Below the pieces are notes generated by a model, which did no database searches, had not been told where the DNA came from, and was given only the letters and a program-made list of their open reading frames with translations. Of a DNA stretch of 64,000 nt, positions 28,345 through 36,750 are shown piece after piece (position 1 is the first letter of the stretch; each line of letters starts with the position of its first letter). The stretch is taken from assembly GCA_964508535.1 (NCBI GenBank), contig CAZDTZ010000001.1, forward strand, positions 25,786-89,785. The letters run 5' to 3'. Source of the stretch: an uncultured Candidatus Saccharibacteria bacterium. GTDB lineage: Bacteria > Patescibacteriota > Saccharimonadia > Saccharimonadales > UBA4665. The translations under genes were made by a program, and so were the position numbers.

Positions 28345-28996
28345 TGCGGAATACCATCCTTGTTGTATAACTCGCGCTAATCGTCTTACCGCCTTGTTTG
28401 GAAGATAGGGTTATTGCGGATTGCACCGATCGCGCCTCGGAAGGAGTGACGATCGACTCGTTGGCATCGTAATATGAAACCGAAAAATTAGTTACGCCCG
28501 TGGCGATTGTGGTGTCTGCCGGGCATGCCGCGGTTGCACTAGCCGGCGGGCAGGTAGTAACGGCTGCATCAGTTGCGTCTGTTGACTTGAGTGTGCGGCG
28601 ATACAATGTCGTCCCAGACAAGAAGTACACTTCGTCGTCTTTCTGGCTAATGTATTTTGCCGGGTCGCTAAAGATGATATTTTTGCTGCTGTCTTCTGCG
28701 GCTTTGGCCAGCACGAGCGTCTGGCTGGCGGACGACCAGCTGTATGGGCCACTGGGGCCGTATGCATCCGACCAGCGATTATTTTGGTCGACACTCCCGG
28801 AAAGTCGGATGTCGTTCGCTAAGGTGTCCAGCGCGCTTTCGGCGTTAGACAAAAGAATGGTGCGGTTTTGCGACAAAGACGACGCCTGGAGCCACGTCGT
28901 AATAAAGTTCGCGAGCGACAGCGACAGGATACTCATGATAATCATCGACACGAGCAGTTCGACCAAGGTAAAACCGCCTTCTGCATTTTTCTTCAT
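28337..28996 (-). CDS. Prepilin-type N-terminal cleavage/methylation domain minor pilin (PilW-like)
   Basis: GGFTLVELLVSMIIMS class III signal. Confidence 0.75.
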   Translation of the reverse strand: MKKNAEGGFTLVELLVSMIIMSILSLSLANFITTWLQASSLSQNRTILLSNAESALDTLANDIRLSGSVDQNNRWSDAYGPSGPYSWSSASQTLVLAKAAEDSSKNIIFSDPAKYISQKDDEVYFLSGTTLYRRTLKSTDATDAAVTTCPPASATAACPADTTIATGVTNFSVSYYDANESIVTPSEARSVQSAITLSSKQGGKTISASYTTRMVFRNE

Positions 28997-29437
28997 CTAT
29001 TGCCCCTGCCCTAGCCCGATTATGCCTATGTCGGAACTTAACGTGATCGTTTGCGATTTTTTGTAATCAGTATAGGTAATGGTAACATCGACACGCCTGA
29101 GTTCGGACAGTGGCTGGCTGATTGCTACGGTCCCCACTTTGTCGCGCGGCAGCGATGCTGGCAAACTAGCGGTAAAGTCGATGGTGCCTCCAGGGTTCAA
29201 GGAATTATAGCCGTTGTTACGCAGGTCTTCGATTTCGGTACGCGCTGCCCGCACGGCTAGATCATAGTGCTGGCTTTGGACTTCGGTGATCTGCATGACG
29301 TAGTACAAGCCGCTCAGGCTGCTGATCACAATGCCAAGCACAAGGATGGTCACCAATAGCTCGATGAGCGTAAACCCATCGTTTTTTGGCGTATGTTTTG
29401 TTTTTGTCGCCGCCCGGTCTTGTATGCGTCGGAACAT
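28997..29437 (-). CDS. Prepilin-type minor pilin (PilV/GspI-like)
   Basis: DGFTLIELLVTILVLGIV class III signal. Confidence 0.75.
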   Translation of the reverse strand: MFRRIQDRAATKTKHTPKNDGFTLIELLVTILVLGIVISSLSGLYYVMQITEVQSQHYDLAVRAARTEIEDLRNNGYNSLNPGGTIDFTASLPASLPRDKVGTVAISQPLSELRRVDVTITYTDYKKSQTITLSSDIGIIGLGQGQ

Positions 29438-29445
29438 CCTGTGGG

Positions 29446-29483
29446 TATTATAAAACCGCTTGAGGTTTTCCCCAAGCGGTTTT
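29446..29483 (-). terminator. Intrinsic terminator/attenuator directly after the major pilin gene
   Basis: Minus strand reads AAAACCGCTTG-10nt-CAAGCGGTTTT then ATAAT. Confidence 0.6.
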
Positions 29484-29519
29484 ACTGATTATGTATCTGC
29501 GCCGTGCTAGTCGGTCAGA

Positions 29520-29948
29520 TTAATTCGTGACCGTAATGTCGTCGGCTGGTGATGCGCCACCGAAGATGGTTCCCTTAGCAACCGCAGTGTAGCCAGTACA
29601 GTCGCCACCGGCGCCGTTGTCACAACCACTTGGAGTGGCGGTGTAGGTGTAGTCTGGGGCAACGAATTTGGTGGACAATGTTGTGTTGTTGCCACCGGCG
29701 CTACTCGCCATCCAAGCGTCAACTCCGGCTATGTTGACTGGGTAGTTGCTGTTGTCGGCATTGTACTCGCCAAGCTTGTTGCGAACTTCCGAAAGCGTTG
29801 ATTGCGCATCAGCCTTGTGGGCCTTGTTTTGCGAGCCGCTGTACGCGACAAACGCGATAGCCGCCAAGATACCGATGATGATGATCACGATCAACAGCTC
29901 GATAAGTGTGAATCCTGCAGAATTACTTTTTTTCAGTTGTTTGCTCAT
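29520..29948 (-). CDS. pilA: Major type IV pilin
   Basis: Leader MSKQLKKSNSAG followed by FTLIELLIVIIIIGILAAIA (G-1, F+1, E+5); GAGAGGGA SD. Confidence 0.85.
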   Translation of the reverse strand: MSKQLKKSNSAGFTLIELLIVIIIIGILAAIAFVAYSGSQNKAHKADAQSTLSEVRNKLGEYNADNSNYPVNIAGVDAWMASSAGGNNTTLSTKFVAPDYTYTATPSGCDNGAGGDCTGYTAVAKGTIFGGASPADDITVTN

Positions 29949-30028
29949 GCTAATTGTCTTCCCTCTCTTAATAGTTTATTCACAGCGGGATGCTGCTAGT
30001 CCATACGAAGTATTATTTCTTATGCTTA

Positions 30029-31339
30029 TTATAAAGTCAACAATTTTAGCATAAGCGGGAACACGAGCCACACATTAAGGCCGATAATGATACCTCCTAC
30101 TCCAAACGTCACGATCTGGAGCCATACCGGATTGGCGAATGTGCCCATGTGTTTCTTACTACTCGTCAGGGCCACCAGTGGAAAAATTGCCAGCGGAAGC
30201 TGCATACTCAATACCACCTGGCTTAAGATGAGTAAACTGGAAAGGCCGGAACCACCGTGTAGCAAAGCAATGCACGCTGCCGGTATGATCGCCAAAGCTC
30301 GCGTAGCTAATCGCCTGACCCACGGCTTAAGCCTAATGTGCAAAAAACCTTCCAAGATAACTTGCCCGGCAAGTGTTGCGGTCACGGTTGAGTTTTGCCC
30401 CGAAGCCAGCAGCGCAATCGCGAACACCGCTCCGGCAACGCCAATACCCAGCAGCGGAGTGAGTATGTCATAGGCTTGGTTGATCTCGGCGATCATATGA
30501 TGGCCGTTTGCATAAAACACCGCAGCAGCCAGAATTAATATCGCGGCGTTAATCAAAAAAGCTACCGATAACGCAAGCGTGGAGTCGATCGTCGCAAAGC
30601 GTATGGCCTCTCTCTTGCCATCTGTGGTCGTGGCATGTGCCCGCGTTTGCACGACTGCTGAATGCAAGTACAGGTTGTGCGGCATGATCGTGGCCCCGAT
30701 GATGCCCACGGCGATTAACAGCATTTGGTGGTTCGTAAATAGTTGTGTAGTTGGCACAAAGCCATGCAACAGCGGCGCTATGGCAGGCTGTGAAAAGAGT
30801 ATTTCTAGGCCGAAGCATACCACCACAATGACAATCAGCGTTATGACCAGCGCCTCCAGATAGCGGAAGCCTTTTTTCTGTAAAAGCAGTAACACCAGCA
30901 CGTCGGCTGCAGTAATGAGTACGCCTATGGGTAACGGGATGTGAAACAGCAGTTCCAGCGCAATGGCCGTGCCGATTACCTCCGCCAAGTCACAGGCGAT
31001 AATCATCACCTCGGCCATCAGCCACAAAAAGACATTGATGTGCTTAGGAAAAGTGTCATGGCATATCTGCGCCAAATCTCTCCCCGTTACAATACCTAGT
31101 TTTACTGCCAGGTGCTGCAGGAGCATGGCAAAAACGCTTGACAGCAATATCACAAAAAGCAGGCTGTAGCCGAATTTTGATCCACCTGCCAAGTCTGTCG
31201 CCCAGTTGCCGGGATCCATATAGCCAACCGCCACCAAATAGCCTGGGCCAGAAAAAGCCACCAGCTTTTTGATGAATGAGGCTTTGTCTGGCACAACAAT
31301 AGAGCGGTGCACGTCGCTCAAACTTTTTAACCCCGGCAT
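30029..31339 (-). CDS. mntH: NRAMP-family divalent metal (Mn2+/Fe2+) transporter
   Basis: GYMDPGNWATDLAGG (DPGN motif); 11-12 TM helices; 436 aa. Confidence 0.9.
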   Translation of the reverse strand: MPGLKSLSDVHRSIVVPDKASFIKKLVAFSGPGYLVAVGYMDPGNWATDLAGGSKFGYSLLFVILLSSVFAMLLQHLAVKLGIVTGRDLAQICHDTFPKHINVFLWLMAEVMIIACDLAEVIGTAIALELLFHIPLPIGVLITAADVLVLLLLQKKGFRYLEALVITLIVIVVVCFGLEILFSQPAIAPLLHGFVPTTQLFTNHQMLLIAVGIIGATIMPHNLYLHSAVVQTRAHATTTDGKREAIRFATIDSTLALSVAFLINAAILILAAAVFYANGHHMIAEINQAYDILTPLLGIGVAGAVFAIALLASGQNSTVTATLAGQVILEGFLHIRLKPWVRRLATRALAIIPAACIALLHGGSGLSSLLILSQVVLSMQLPLAIFPLVALTSSKKHMGTFANPVWLQIVTFGVGGIIIGLNVWLVFPLMLKLLTL

Positions 31340-31347
31340 AGCAATTT

Positions 31348-31413
31348 TTAGGACGGGTTGACGATAAGAATTGCGCCGACAACAACAACCAAGAGCGTCA
31401 GGACGGTCAGCAT
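31348..31413 (-). CDS. Candidate 21-aa hydrophobic micro-ORF 8 nt upstream of mntH
   Basis: ATG..TAA encodes MLTVLTLLVVVVGAILIVNPS. mntH itself has no visible SD. Not in the ORF track because it is too short. Confidence 0.2.
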   Translation of the reverse strand: MLTVLTLLVVVVGAILIVNPS

Positions 31414-31466
31414 CTCGCCTGTTTCGGGCGTGCCCCTGTGCGGCGTTTTAGAAAAGTGACGGCGAC

Positions 31467-32465
31467 TCACTTGGTGCCCTTCTTGGTCTTGCCGGTGTTC
31501 ACTTCGTAACTCGTGTTAGTGGCTTCAAAGAAGTTGACGAGCTGGAGCGTATCATTGGCGGTGGCCATCCATTTCGCCGGGTTGCTGACTTTGTAGTGCG
31601 GTTCAAAGCCTAATTCTTCTAGGCGTCGGTCGGCCAAGTATTTCACATATTGGTTAATGTAGTCACTGTTAAGGCCCAGAATGCCGTTGGGGAGCAGGTC
31701 GCGGTTATAGCCCTCCTCCATCTCTACGCCGTCTAAGATCATCTGTTTAATCTCGTCAGCGAACTCGGGAGTTTGTAAGTCTTGGTTTTCTTCCAGAACC
31801 GTCAAGATGAGGTTAATGCCAAATTTTAAGTGCAGGCTTTCGTCGCGCACCACCCACTCGATCAGACTGGCAAAATTGCGCAGTAGATTGCGTTGGCGAA
31901 AGCTAAGCGCCACCATAAAGCCACTGTAGAACCAAATACCTTCTAGGATGATGTTGTAAGCGACCAAATTGCGTACAAAGTCCTTTTTGCCCTCGGTGGT
32001 GGTAATGTCCAATGTTTGCTCTGTCATGCGCCGTATGAATTTCGTCTCGAATGCCTCCTTGCGGGCCATGCTGGGCGTTTCAACATGCGCGGCGTAGGCT
32101 TTGTCGCGGTCAATGGGAAAGGTCTCCAGCACGTACTCAAAACTCATGCAGTGGTTGGCTTCTTCCCACATTTGCTTGGCCAGGTACAGATGGCACTCGG
32201 CAGCATTGACATATGGGTACACCCCAAAGGCCAGTGCTTTGTTTACGAGCAATTCGTTCGGGTTGAAGTAGCTCATCAAAAACGTCAGGGCGTGGCGCTC
32301 TTCGTCGCTCATCTTTTTCCAATCAGACAGGTCTTGGCCAAGCTGGATTTCGTTTGGAAACCAAGTGTTGGCCACCGCCTGCTCGTATAAATCCATCGCC
32401 CATTGATAGTGGATGGGCTTTAGTAATAAACCGTCTTGAATACCGGTTCCGAGTATGTGTGACAT
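31467..32465 (-). CDS. nrdB: Ribonucleotide reductase small subunit, class Ic-like (Glu at first ligand, Phe at radical-Tyr position)
   Basis: Ligand motifs NPNELLV, WEEANHCMSF, LEGIWFY and RDESLH. AGGAG SD before the ATG at 32465; the ORF-track start at 32531 is probably too long. Confidence 0.9.
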   Translation of the reverse strand: MSHILGTGIQDGLLLKPIHYQWAMDLYEQAVANTWFPNEIQLGQDLSDWKKMSDEERHALTFLMSYFNPNELLVNKALAFGVYPYVNAAECHLYLAKQMWEEANHCMSFEYVLETFPIDRDKAYAAHVETPSMARKEAFETKFIRRMTEQTLDITTTEGKKDFVRNLVAYNIILEGIWFYSGFMVALSFRQRNLLRNFASLIEWVVRDESLHLKFGINLILTVLEENQDLQTPEFADEIKQMILDGVEMEEGYNRDLLPNGILGLNSDYINQYVKYLADRRLEELGFEPHYKVSNPAKWMATANDTLQLVNFFEATNTSYEVNTGKTKKGTK

Positions 32466-32490
32466 GTTGTTAGCTCCTATTACGTGGTAG

Positions 32491-32700
32491 TTATTGACAG
32501 CCTTCGCAGGCGAAAGCGTCGGCGGGATCAATAAAGTTGTTCTCGTCTACGGCGACAATGGCAGAGCGCATTTTTCGCTGCTCGGCAGCCACGGCTTCGG
32601 CTATCTGTTGCAATTTGGCTTCCAGGTTTTCGTCGTTAGTGTCTAATGATTCCACTTCGTCCACGAGCTTTTGAATCTTCGGGTTTTTAGATGTTGCCAT
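32491..32700 (-). CDS. 69-aa acidic protein ending in CEGCQ, encoded between nrdA and nrdB
   Basis: AGGAGG-6nt-ATG, with the SD overlapping the nrdA stop. MATSKNPKIQKLVDEVESL..IDPADAFACEGCQ. Confidence 0.6.
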   Translation of the reverse strand: MATSKNPKIQKLVDEVESLDTNDENLEAKLQQIAEAVAAEQRKMRSAIVAVDENNFIDPADAFACEGCQ

Positions 32701-32710
32701 ATATGTCCTC

Positions 32711-35095
32711 CTATGCGGCGCGGGCAAAGCCAAAGCCAGTTTTCTTTTGTCCGAGCCCCGCCGCTTTATTTACTTTTACGGTACTTTGTTCGGCTGAGTG
32801 GCGCGGCTTAACGTGCAAGTAATACGTGGTCTTTAGACCTTTTTTCCAGGCATTACTGTAAATATTCGCCATCTCGTCGATGTCGCGCGTCTCCAGATAC
32901 ATATTGCGGCTGATAGCCTGATCAACCCACTTCTGCGCTCTGGCTGCCACCTCGATGAAGGCGTACGGGCTCAGTTGAAAACTGGTTTTGTAGACATTTT
33001 TTAGCTGTTGTGGGATGGCCTCGATCTGCGTTAAGTCACCTTGCAAGCGCAGCACGTCTTCCCTGACCTCGTCCCAAAGTCCCAGTCTTTTGAGGTCGCG
33101 CACCAGATTACCGTTTACCTCCAGAAACTTGCCGTTTAAAGTTGCGCGGCTAAAAATTTGACTGAATTGCGGGTCGAGTCCTGGCGTTGTGCCCGACACG
33201 TGGGCGTTGTTGGCGGTTGGTGCGATGGCCATAATCGTGGCATTGCGCATGCCCTTTTTGACCTTTGCACGCAAAACGTCCCAGTCTAGGCGGGTCTTAC
33301 GCGTTACGTCTACTTTTATCCGGCGATCCTGCGCATTCACATCAAGTGTGTCTATTGGCACAAGTCCTTTGCTCCAGCCTGAGCCTTTAAAGTTGGGGTA
33401 GCTGCCGCGCGTTTTAGCCAATTCCGCACTGGCATCGATAGCGTGGTAACTAATAAATTCTGTCAGCTGGTCTATGAGATCGTAGGCTTCCTCGCTCTCA
33501 TAGCTGTAGCCTAGTTTTTCGATGACATCGGTAAAACCCATTAGCCCCAAGCCTACGGCGCGGTTTTGTAGGTTAGCGTGCATGGCCTCGGGAATCGGCG
33601 TTTTGGTGATGTCCACCAAGTTATCCAACTGATGAATCGAGCCCCGCACGGCCTGTTCTAGCCTTGTCCAGTCAAAGGTCTTATCGTCCTTAAGGTAGAC
33701 CGATAGATTAATGCTGGACAGATTGCAGACGGCGATGTTCTGAGCGTCTTGTGGCAGGGTGATCTCGGTACACAGATTAGATAAATGGATGGTGCCAGTG
33801 TTGTTGTTGAGTGCACGAACGTTGATCGTGTCTTTCCAGGTGAGCCACGGGTGCGACGTAGCCTGTAGCGTAATCAGAATTTGCCGGAATTGTTTACGCG
33901 CGCTTATTTTTTCAAAGACACGTATTTTTCCAGCGTCGGCCAGCGCAATATATTCGCGGTAGCGCTTGCTAAAGGCTGAGCCGTACAACTCGCACAAATC
34001 AGCCGTTTCGGCCGGGTCAAACAAATACCAAGGCTGGTTTTTATCCGCGCGCTTCATAAATTCGTCGCTGATGAAAACTGCCGTATTAGCAGTACGTGTG
34101 CGCAAGTATGGATCACCGGAGTTTTGCTTGAGGTCAAGAAACTGCGGGAAGTTGACGTGCCAGTTTTCCATGTACAGCGCTGCGGCACCGGCCTTTTTGC
34201 CCTTGCGGCTCACCGAGCGTAATGCAGCATCAACGACGTTCATAAACGGGATTGGGCCAGTCGATACAGTGTTAGTGCTCTTGACCGGTGAGCCCTCGGC
34301 TCGTAGCTTGGTCATGCCCACGCCGATACCGCCGGCGCCTTTGCTCATCCACATGACGTCGCGGACGCCCTTGGCGATAGATTCCATATCATCTTGAATT
34401 TCCATGAGGAAACAGTTACTGAGTTGTGGGAACGAGCCGCCGGCATTGATACGTGTGGTCCCGGCCGGGTTACAACCGAGTGTGCTTATATACTCGTAAA
34501 ATTCTAGAGCCACGGCTGTAGGGTCGGCTTCATTAAGACTGAGCCCCATGGCGATACGCATGTTGGTGAACTGTGGTGTTTCCATTGGCTCGCCGTCGCC
34601 GCGCCGCAGGGCGTAGCGATTTTTGATGGTAATAACGCCCAGGTATTTCATGAGGTTGTCACGTGACGGATCAAGGGCCGCCGCCAAGCGCTTTACGTCG
34701 AATAGTGTATCGTTCATGCGCTCGTCAAGCAGTTTGTCTGTAATCCCCCGTTTGAGATAGGCGGAAAACTGGGCGGTGTGCAGCTTTTTCAGCTCTTCGT
34801 CGGTCTCGTAATCACCTAAAACACGTTTGTAGATCGTTTTGAGCAGCAGGCGTGCGGCAATGATGTCAAAGTCCGGGTCATCCTTAATGTTCTGCAATGC
34901 AGTCTGGATCACTGCTTCGTCGAGCTGCTCGGTGGTAATGCCGTCAAACAGCGTGAGCTGGACTTCGGTAGCAATTTGTACTACCTTGGCAATCTGGTCG
35001 TCCAATCCGCGGCTAGCGCGCTCCAATGCTTTGTTAATTTTGTTGGCGTCGTAGGGCGCTTTTGAGCCGTCGCGCTTAATTACGCTGATATTCAC
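32711..35095 (-). CDS. nrdA: Ribonucleotide-diphosphate reductase large subunit (class I) with N-terminal ATP-cone
   Basis: ATP-cone VIKRDGSKAPYD; active-site SNCF, NLCTEI, AVCNLSS; TTYY. GTG start preceded by AAGGAGGAG. No Cys in the last 33 residues. Confidence 0.95.
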   Translation of the reverse strand: MNISVIKRDGSKAPYDANKINKALERASRGLDDQIAKVVQIATEVQLTLFDGITTEQLDEAVIQTALQNIKDDPDFDIIAARLLLKTIYKRVLGDYETDEELKKLHTAQFSAYLKRGITDKLLDERMNDTLFDVKRLAAALDPSRDNLMKYLGVITIKNRYALRRGDGEPMETPQFTNMRIAMGLSLNEADPTAVALEFYEYISTLGCNPAGTTRINAGGSFPQLSNCFLMEIQDDMESIAKGVRDVMWMSKGAGGIGVGMTKLRAEGSPVKSTNTVSTGPIPFMNVVDAALRSVSRKGKKAGAAALYMENWHVNFPQFLDLKQNSGDPYLRTRTANTAVFISDEFMKRADKNQPWYLFDPAETADLCELYGSAFSKRYREYIALADAGKIRVFEKISARKQFRQILITLQATSHPWLTWKDTINVRALNNNTGTIHLSNLCTEITLPQDAQNIAVCNLSSINLSVYLKDDKTFDWTRLEQAVRGSIHQLDNLVDITKTPIPEAMHANLQNRAVGLGLMGFTDVIEKLGYSYESEEAYDLIDQLTEFISYHAIDASAELAKTRGSYPNFKGSGWSKGLVPIDTLDVNAQDRRIKVDVTRKTRLDWDVLRAKVKKGMRNATIMAIAPTANNAHVSGTTPGLDPQFSQIFSRATLNGKFLEVNGNLVRDLKRLGLWDEVREDVLRLQGDLTQIEAIPQQLKNVYKTSFQLSPYAFIEVAARAQKWVDQAISRNMYLETRDIDEMANIYSNAWKKGLKTTYYLHVKPRHSAEQSTVKVNKAAGLGQKKTGFGFARAA

Positions 35096-35170
35096 TAGAA
35101 ACTCCTCCTTGTGATCCGTTTTTTGGCAGCAACAAATCGGCGTTCGTATGCCACGGAACGTTTTGATAGT

Positions 35171-35191
35171 AAAAAGACCACCTCGAGGTGG
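35171..35191 (-). terminator. Riboswitch expression-platform terminator
   Basis: Minus strand reads CCACC-TCGA-GGTGG followed by TCTTTTT, about 75 nt upstream of the nrdA start. Confidence 0.5.
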
Positions 35192-35254
35192 ATGGAGTTA
35201 ACTTCTGGTGTCTCGCATAACCAGCGCCAATGCTCCTTGCTCGAGAATCGAAAG

Positions 35255-35390
35255 ATAACAGGCAGTCTGGCTTGTCCAATTTGGCGTGCGGTTTGATGAC
35301 CGCGCCAATTGGCATCGCAGTTACGGCATAGTGTGGAATCTCACCACGTTTCCCCTGTCGAAGCCGGGTTCCGAACCCCGGTATCTCTTT
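35255..35390 (-). promoter_or_regulatory. Cobalamin (B12) riboswitch aptamer
   Basis: Minus strand reads GGGGAAAC-GTGG-TGAGATT-CCAC-ACTATGCCGTAACTG, then the long hairpin CCAATTGGCGCGG..CCGCACGCCAAATTGG, then the B12-box-like AAGCCAGACTGCCTG. Confidence 0.7.
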
Positions 35391-35438
35391 GGCGCTATAG
35401 TGCTGCTCTCAAAACACCATATATAGCGCGTACATCTA

Positions 35439-35467
35439 ATAGTAGTCGCTACATACGGGCACGTCAA
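35439..35467 (-). promoter_or_regulatory. Putative promoter of the riboswitch-nrd operon (TTGACG-17-TACTAT)
   Basis: On the minus strand, -35 at 35467-35462 and -10 at 35444-35439. Confidence 0.4.
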
Positions 35468-35504
35468 TGACATTAGCGTAATAGAATTTACTACAGTGGG
35501 TTTG

Positions 35505-36737
35505 TTATTTGCCCGCGTTGGAGGAGATTTGTGTGATAGGCCCGAAGACGCTGACTGCGATAAGGCCGACCATACCACCAAGGACAACTATCATGACTGG
35601 CTCGATAATCGAGGACAGTGCGCCAACTGCGGTGTCGACTTCTTCTTCGTAAAATTCTGCAACTTTAAGGATGATTGTGTCGGTCTGTCCGGTTTCTTCG
35701 CCAACGGCCAACATTTGGGAGACGATTGGCGGGAAATGCTTGCTTTTTTGCAACTCCGCGGAAAGCTGGCTACCTGCTTGGATAGCTTTGGAGCAGCTGA
35801 TTAGTTCTTTTTCGATCACCGCGTTGCCTATGGCGCCTGCAGTTGTCTCCAGTGCTTCAACAATCGAGACACCGGCGCTCATCAGCGAGGCGAAAATGCG
35901 CGCAAACCGCGCGATCGCAGTTTTGGTAATAATCACTTTAATGACCGGGATTTTTAGCAGAAGTGAGTGCCACTTGTAGCGGCCTTTCTCTGTTTTGATA
36001 TAACGACGGAACAGGATAATAGCGATTGGCAGGCCAACAATCACCGGGAAAATAAAGCTTGGTTGTTTCATAGTATTACTTACAGAGAGTAGTGCTCTCG
36101 TGTAGATGGGTAATTTCGCGCTGCTGCTGAGCGAGGTAAGGATGGCGCCGATCTTCGGCACGATAAACGTCATAAGCACAAAGAAGGCCAAGGCCGTAAC
36201 GACACCGACGACGCTCGGATAGATCATTGCCGCGCGGATTTTGCCCTTAAGCGCGGAGTCTTTCTCCTGCTGGAAGGCGAGGCGGTTCAGAACGTCGTCG
36301 AGGATACCCCCAGCCTCACCTGCGCGCACCATGTTGACGTAGATGGTTGAAAAAGCCGCAGGGTGCTTGGCCATAGAATCACTCAGGTTTGCTCCACCCT
36401 CCACGTCGCTGGTTACTGTTTCGAGTATTTTTTGGAGGGCTACAGAATCACTTTGCTCCTTGAGAATCGTCAGCGCACGTAAGATCGGCACGCCGGCATT
36501 CACCATGGTGGCAAACTGGCGCGTAAAAATTACCAAATCTCTGGACTTGATACCGCTCATGCCCGGTATCTTGATGTTCATGCTCAGGCCGCCCTTGCCT
36601 TTGTCCTCTTTGACCATGATGGGCTGTAATTGCCTGGCGCGCAGAGACGACAAGGCAGCCACCCTGGTGCGAGCGCTAATGGTGCCTTTTTGGAGTTGGC
36701 CATTTTGGAGGCGCGCGGTAAATTTGAAATCTGGCAT
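35505..36737 (-). CDS. pilC: Type IV pilus platform protein (GspF/PilC family)
   Basis: 410 aa with duplicated T2SS-F domains and 3 TM helices. Confidence 0.9.
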   Translation of the reverse strand: MPDFKFTARLQNGQLQKGTISARTRVAALSSLRARQLQPIMVKEDKGKGGLSMNIKIPGMSGIKSRDLVIFTRQFATMVNAGVPILRALTILKEQSDSVALQKILETVTSDVEGGANLSDSMAKHPAAFSTIYVNMVRAGEAGGILDDVLNRLAFQQEKDSALKGKIRAAMIYPSVVGVVTALAFFVLMTFIVPKIGAILTSLSSSAKLPIYTRALLSVSNTMKQPSFIFPVIVGLPIAIILFRRYIKTEKGRYKWHSLLLKIPVIKVIITKTAIARFARIFASLMSAGVSIVEALETTAGAIGNAVIEKELISCSKAIQAGSQLSAELQKSKHFPPIVSQMLAVGEETGQTDTIILKVAEFYEEEVDTAVGALSSIIEPVMIVVLGGMVGLIAVSVFGPITQISSNAGK

Positions 36738-36750
36738 AGTGTACTGATTC

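Noticed and set aside
31340-31466. Possible yybP-ykoY Mn riboswitch ahead of mntH
   Set aside because: No four-way-junction-like conserved segments were recognised. The region is short and better described by the micro-ORF observation.
35361-35385. tRNA T-arm-like hairpin (minus strand CCGGG-GTTCGGAA-CCCGG)
   Set aside because: No acceptor, D or anticodon arms can be drawn around it. It sits inside the riboswitch leader.
35392-35429. NrdR-box-like AT-core palindromes (GCGCTATAGTGC and ACACCATATATAGCGC) upstream of nrdA
   Set aside because: Only the second resembles the 16-bp NrdR consensus (about 13/16). The first has a shortened core. Both lie downstream of the predicted TSS within the riboswitch leader. 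They cannot be supported without knowing whether nrdR exists in the genome.
35321-35587. 88-aa ORF in the nrdA leader / pilC 3' end
   Set aside because: It overlaps the riboswitch aptamer and the end of pilC, and has no SD or recognisable domain. The RNA element explains the region better.
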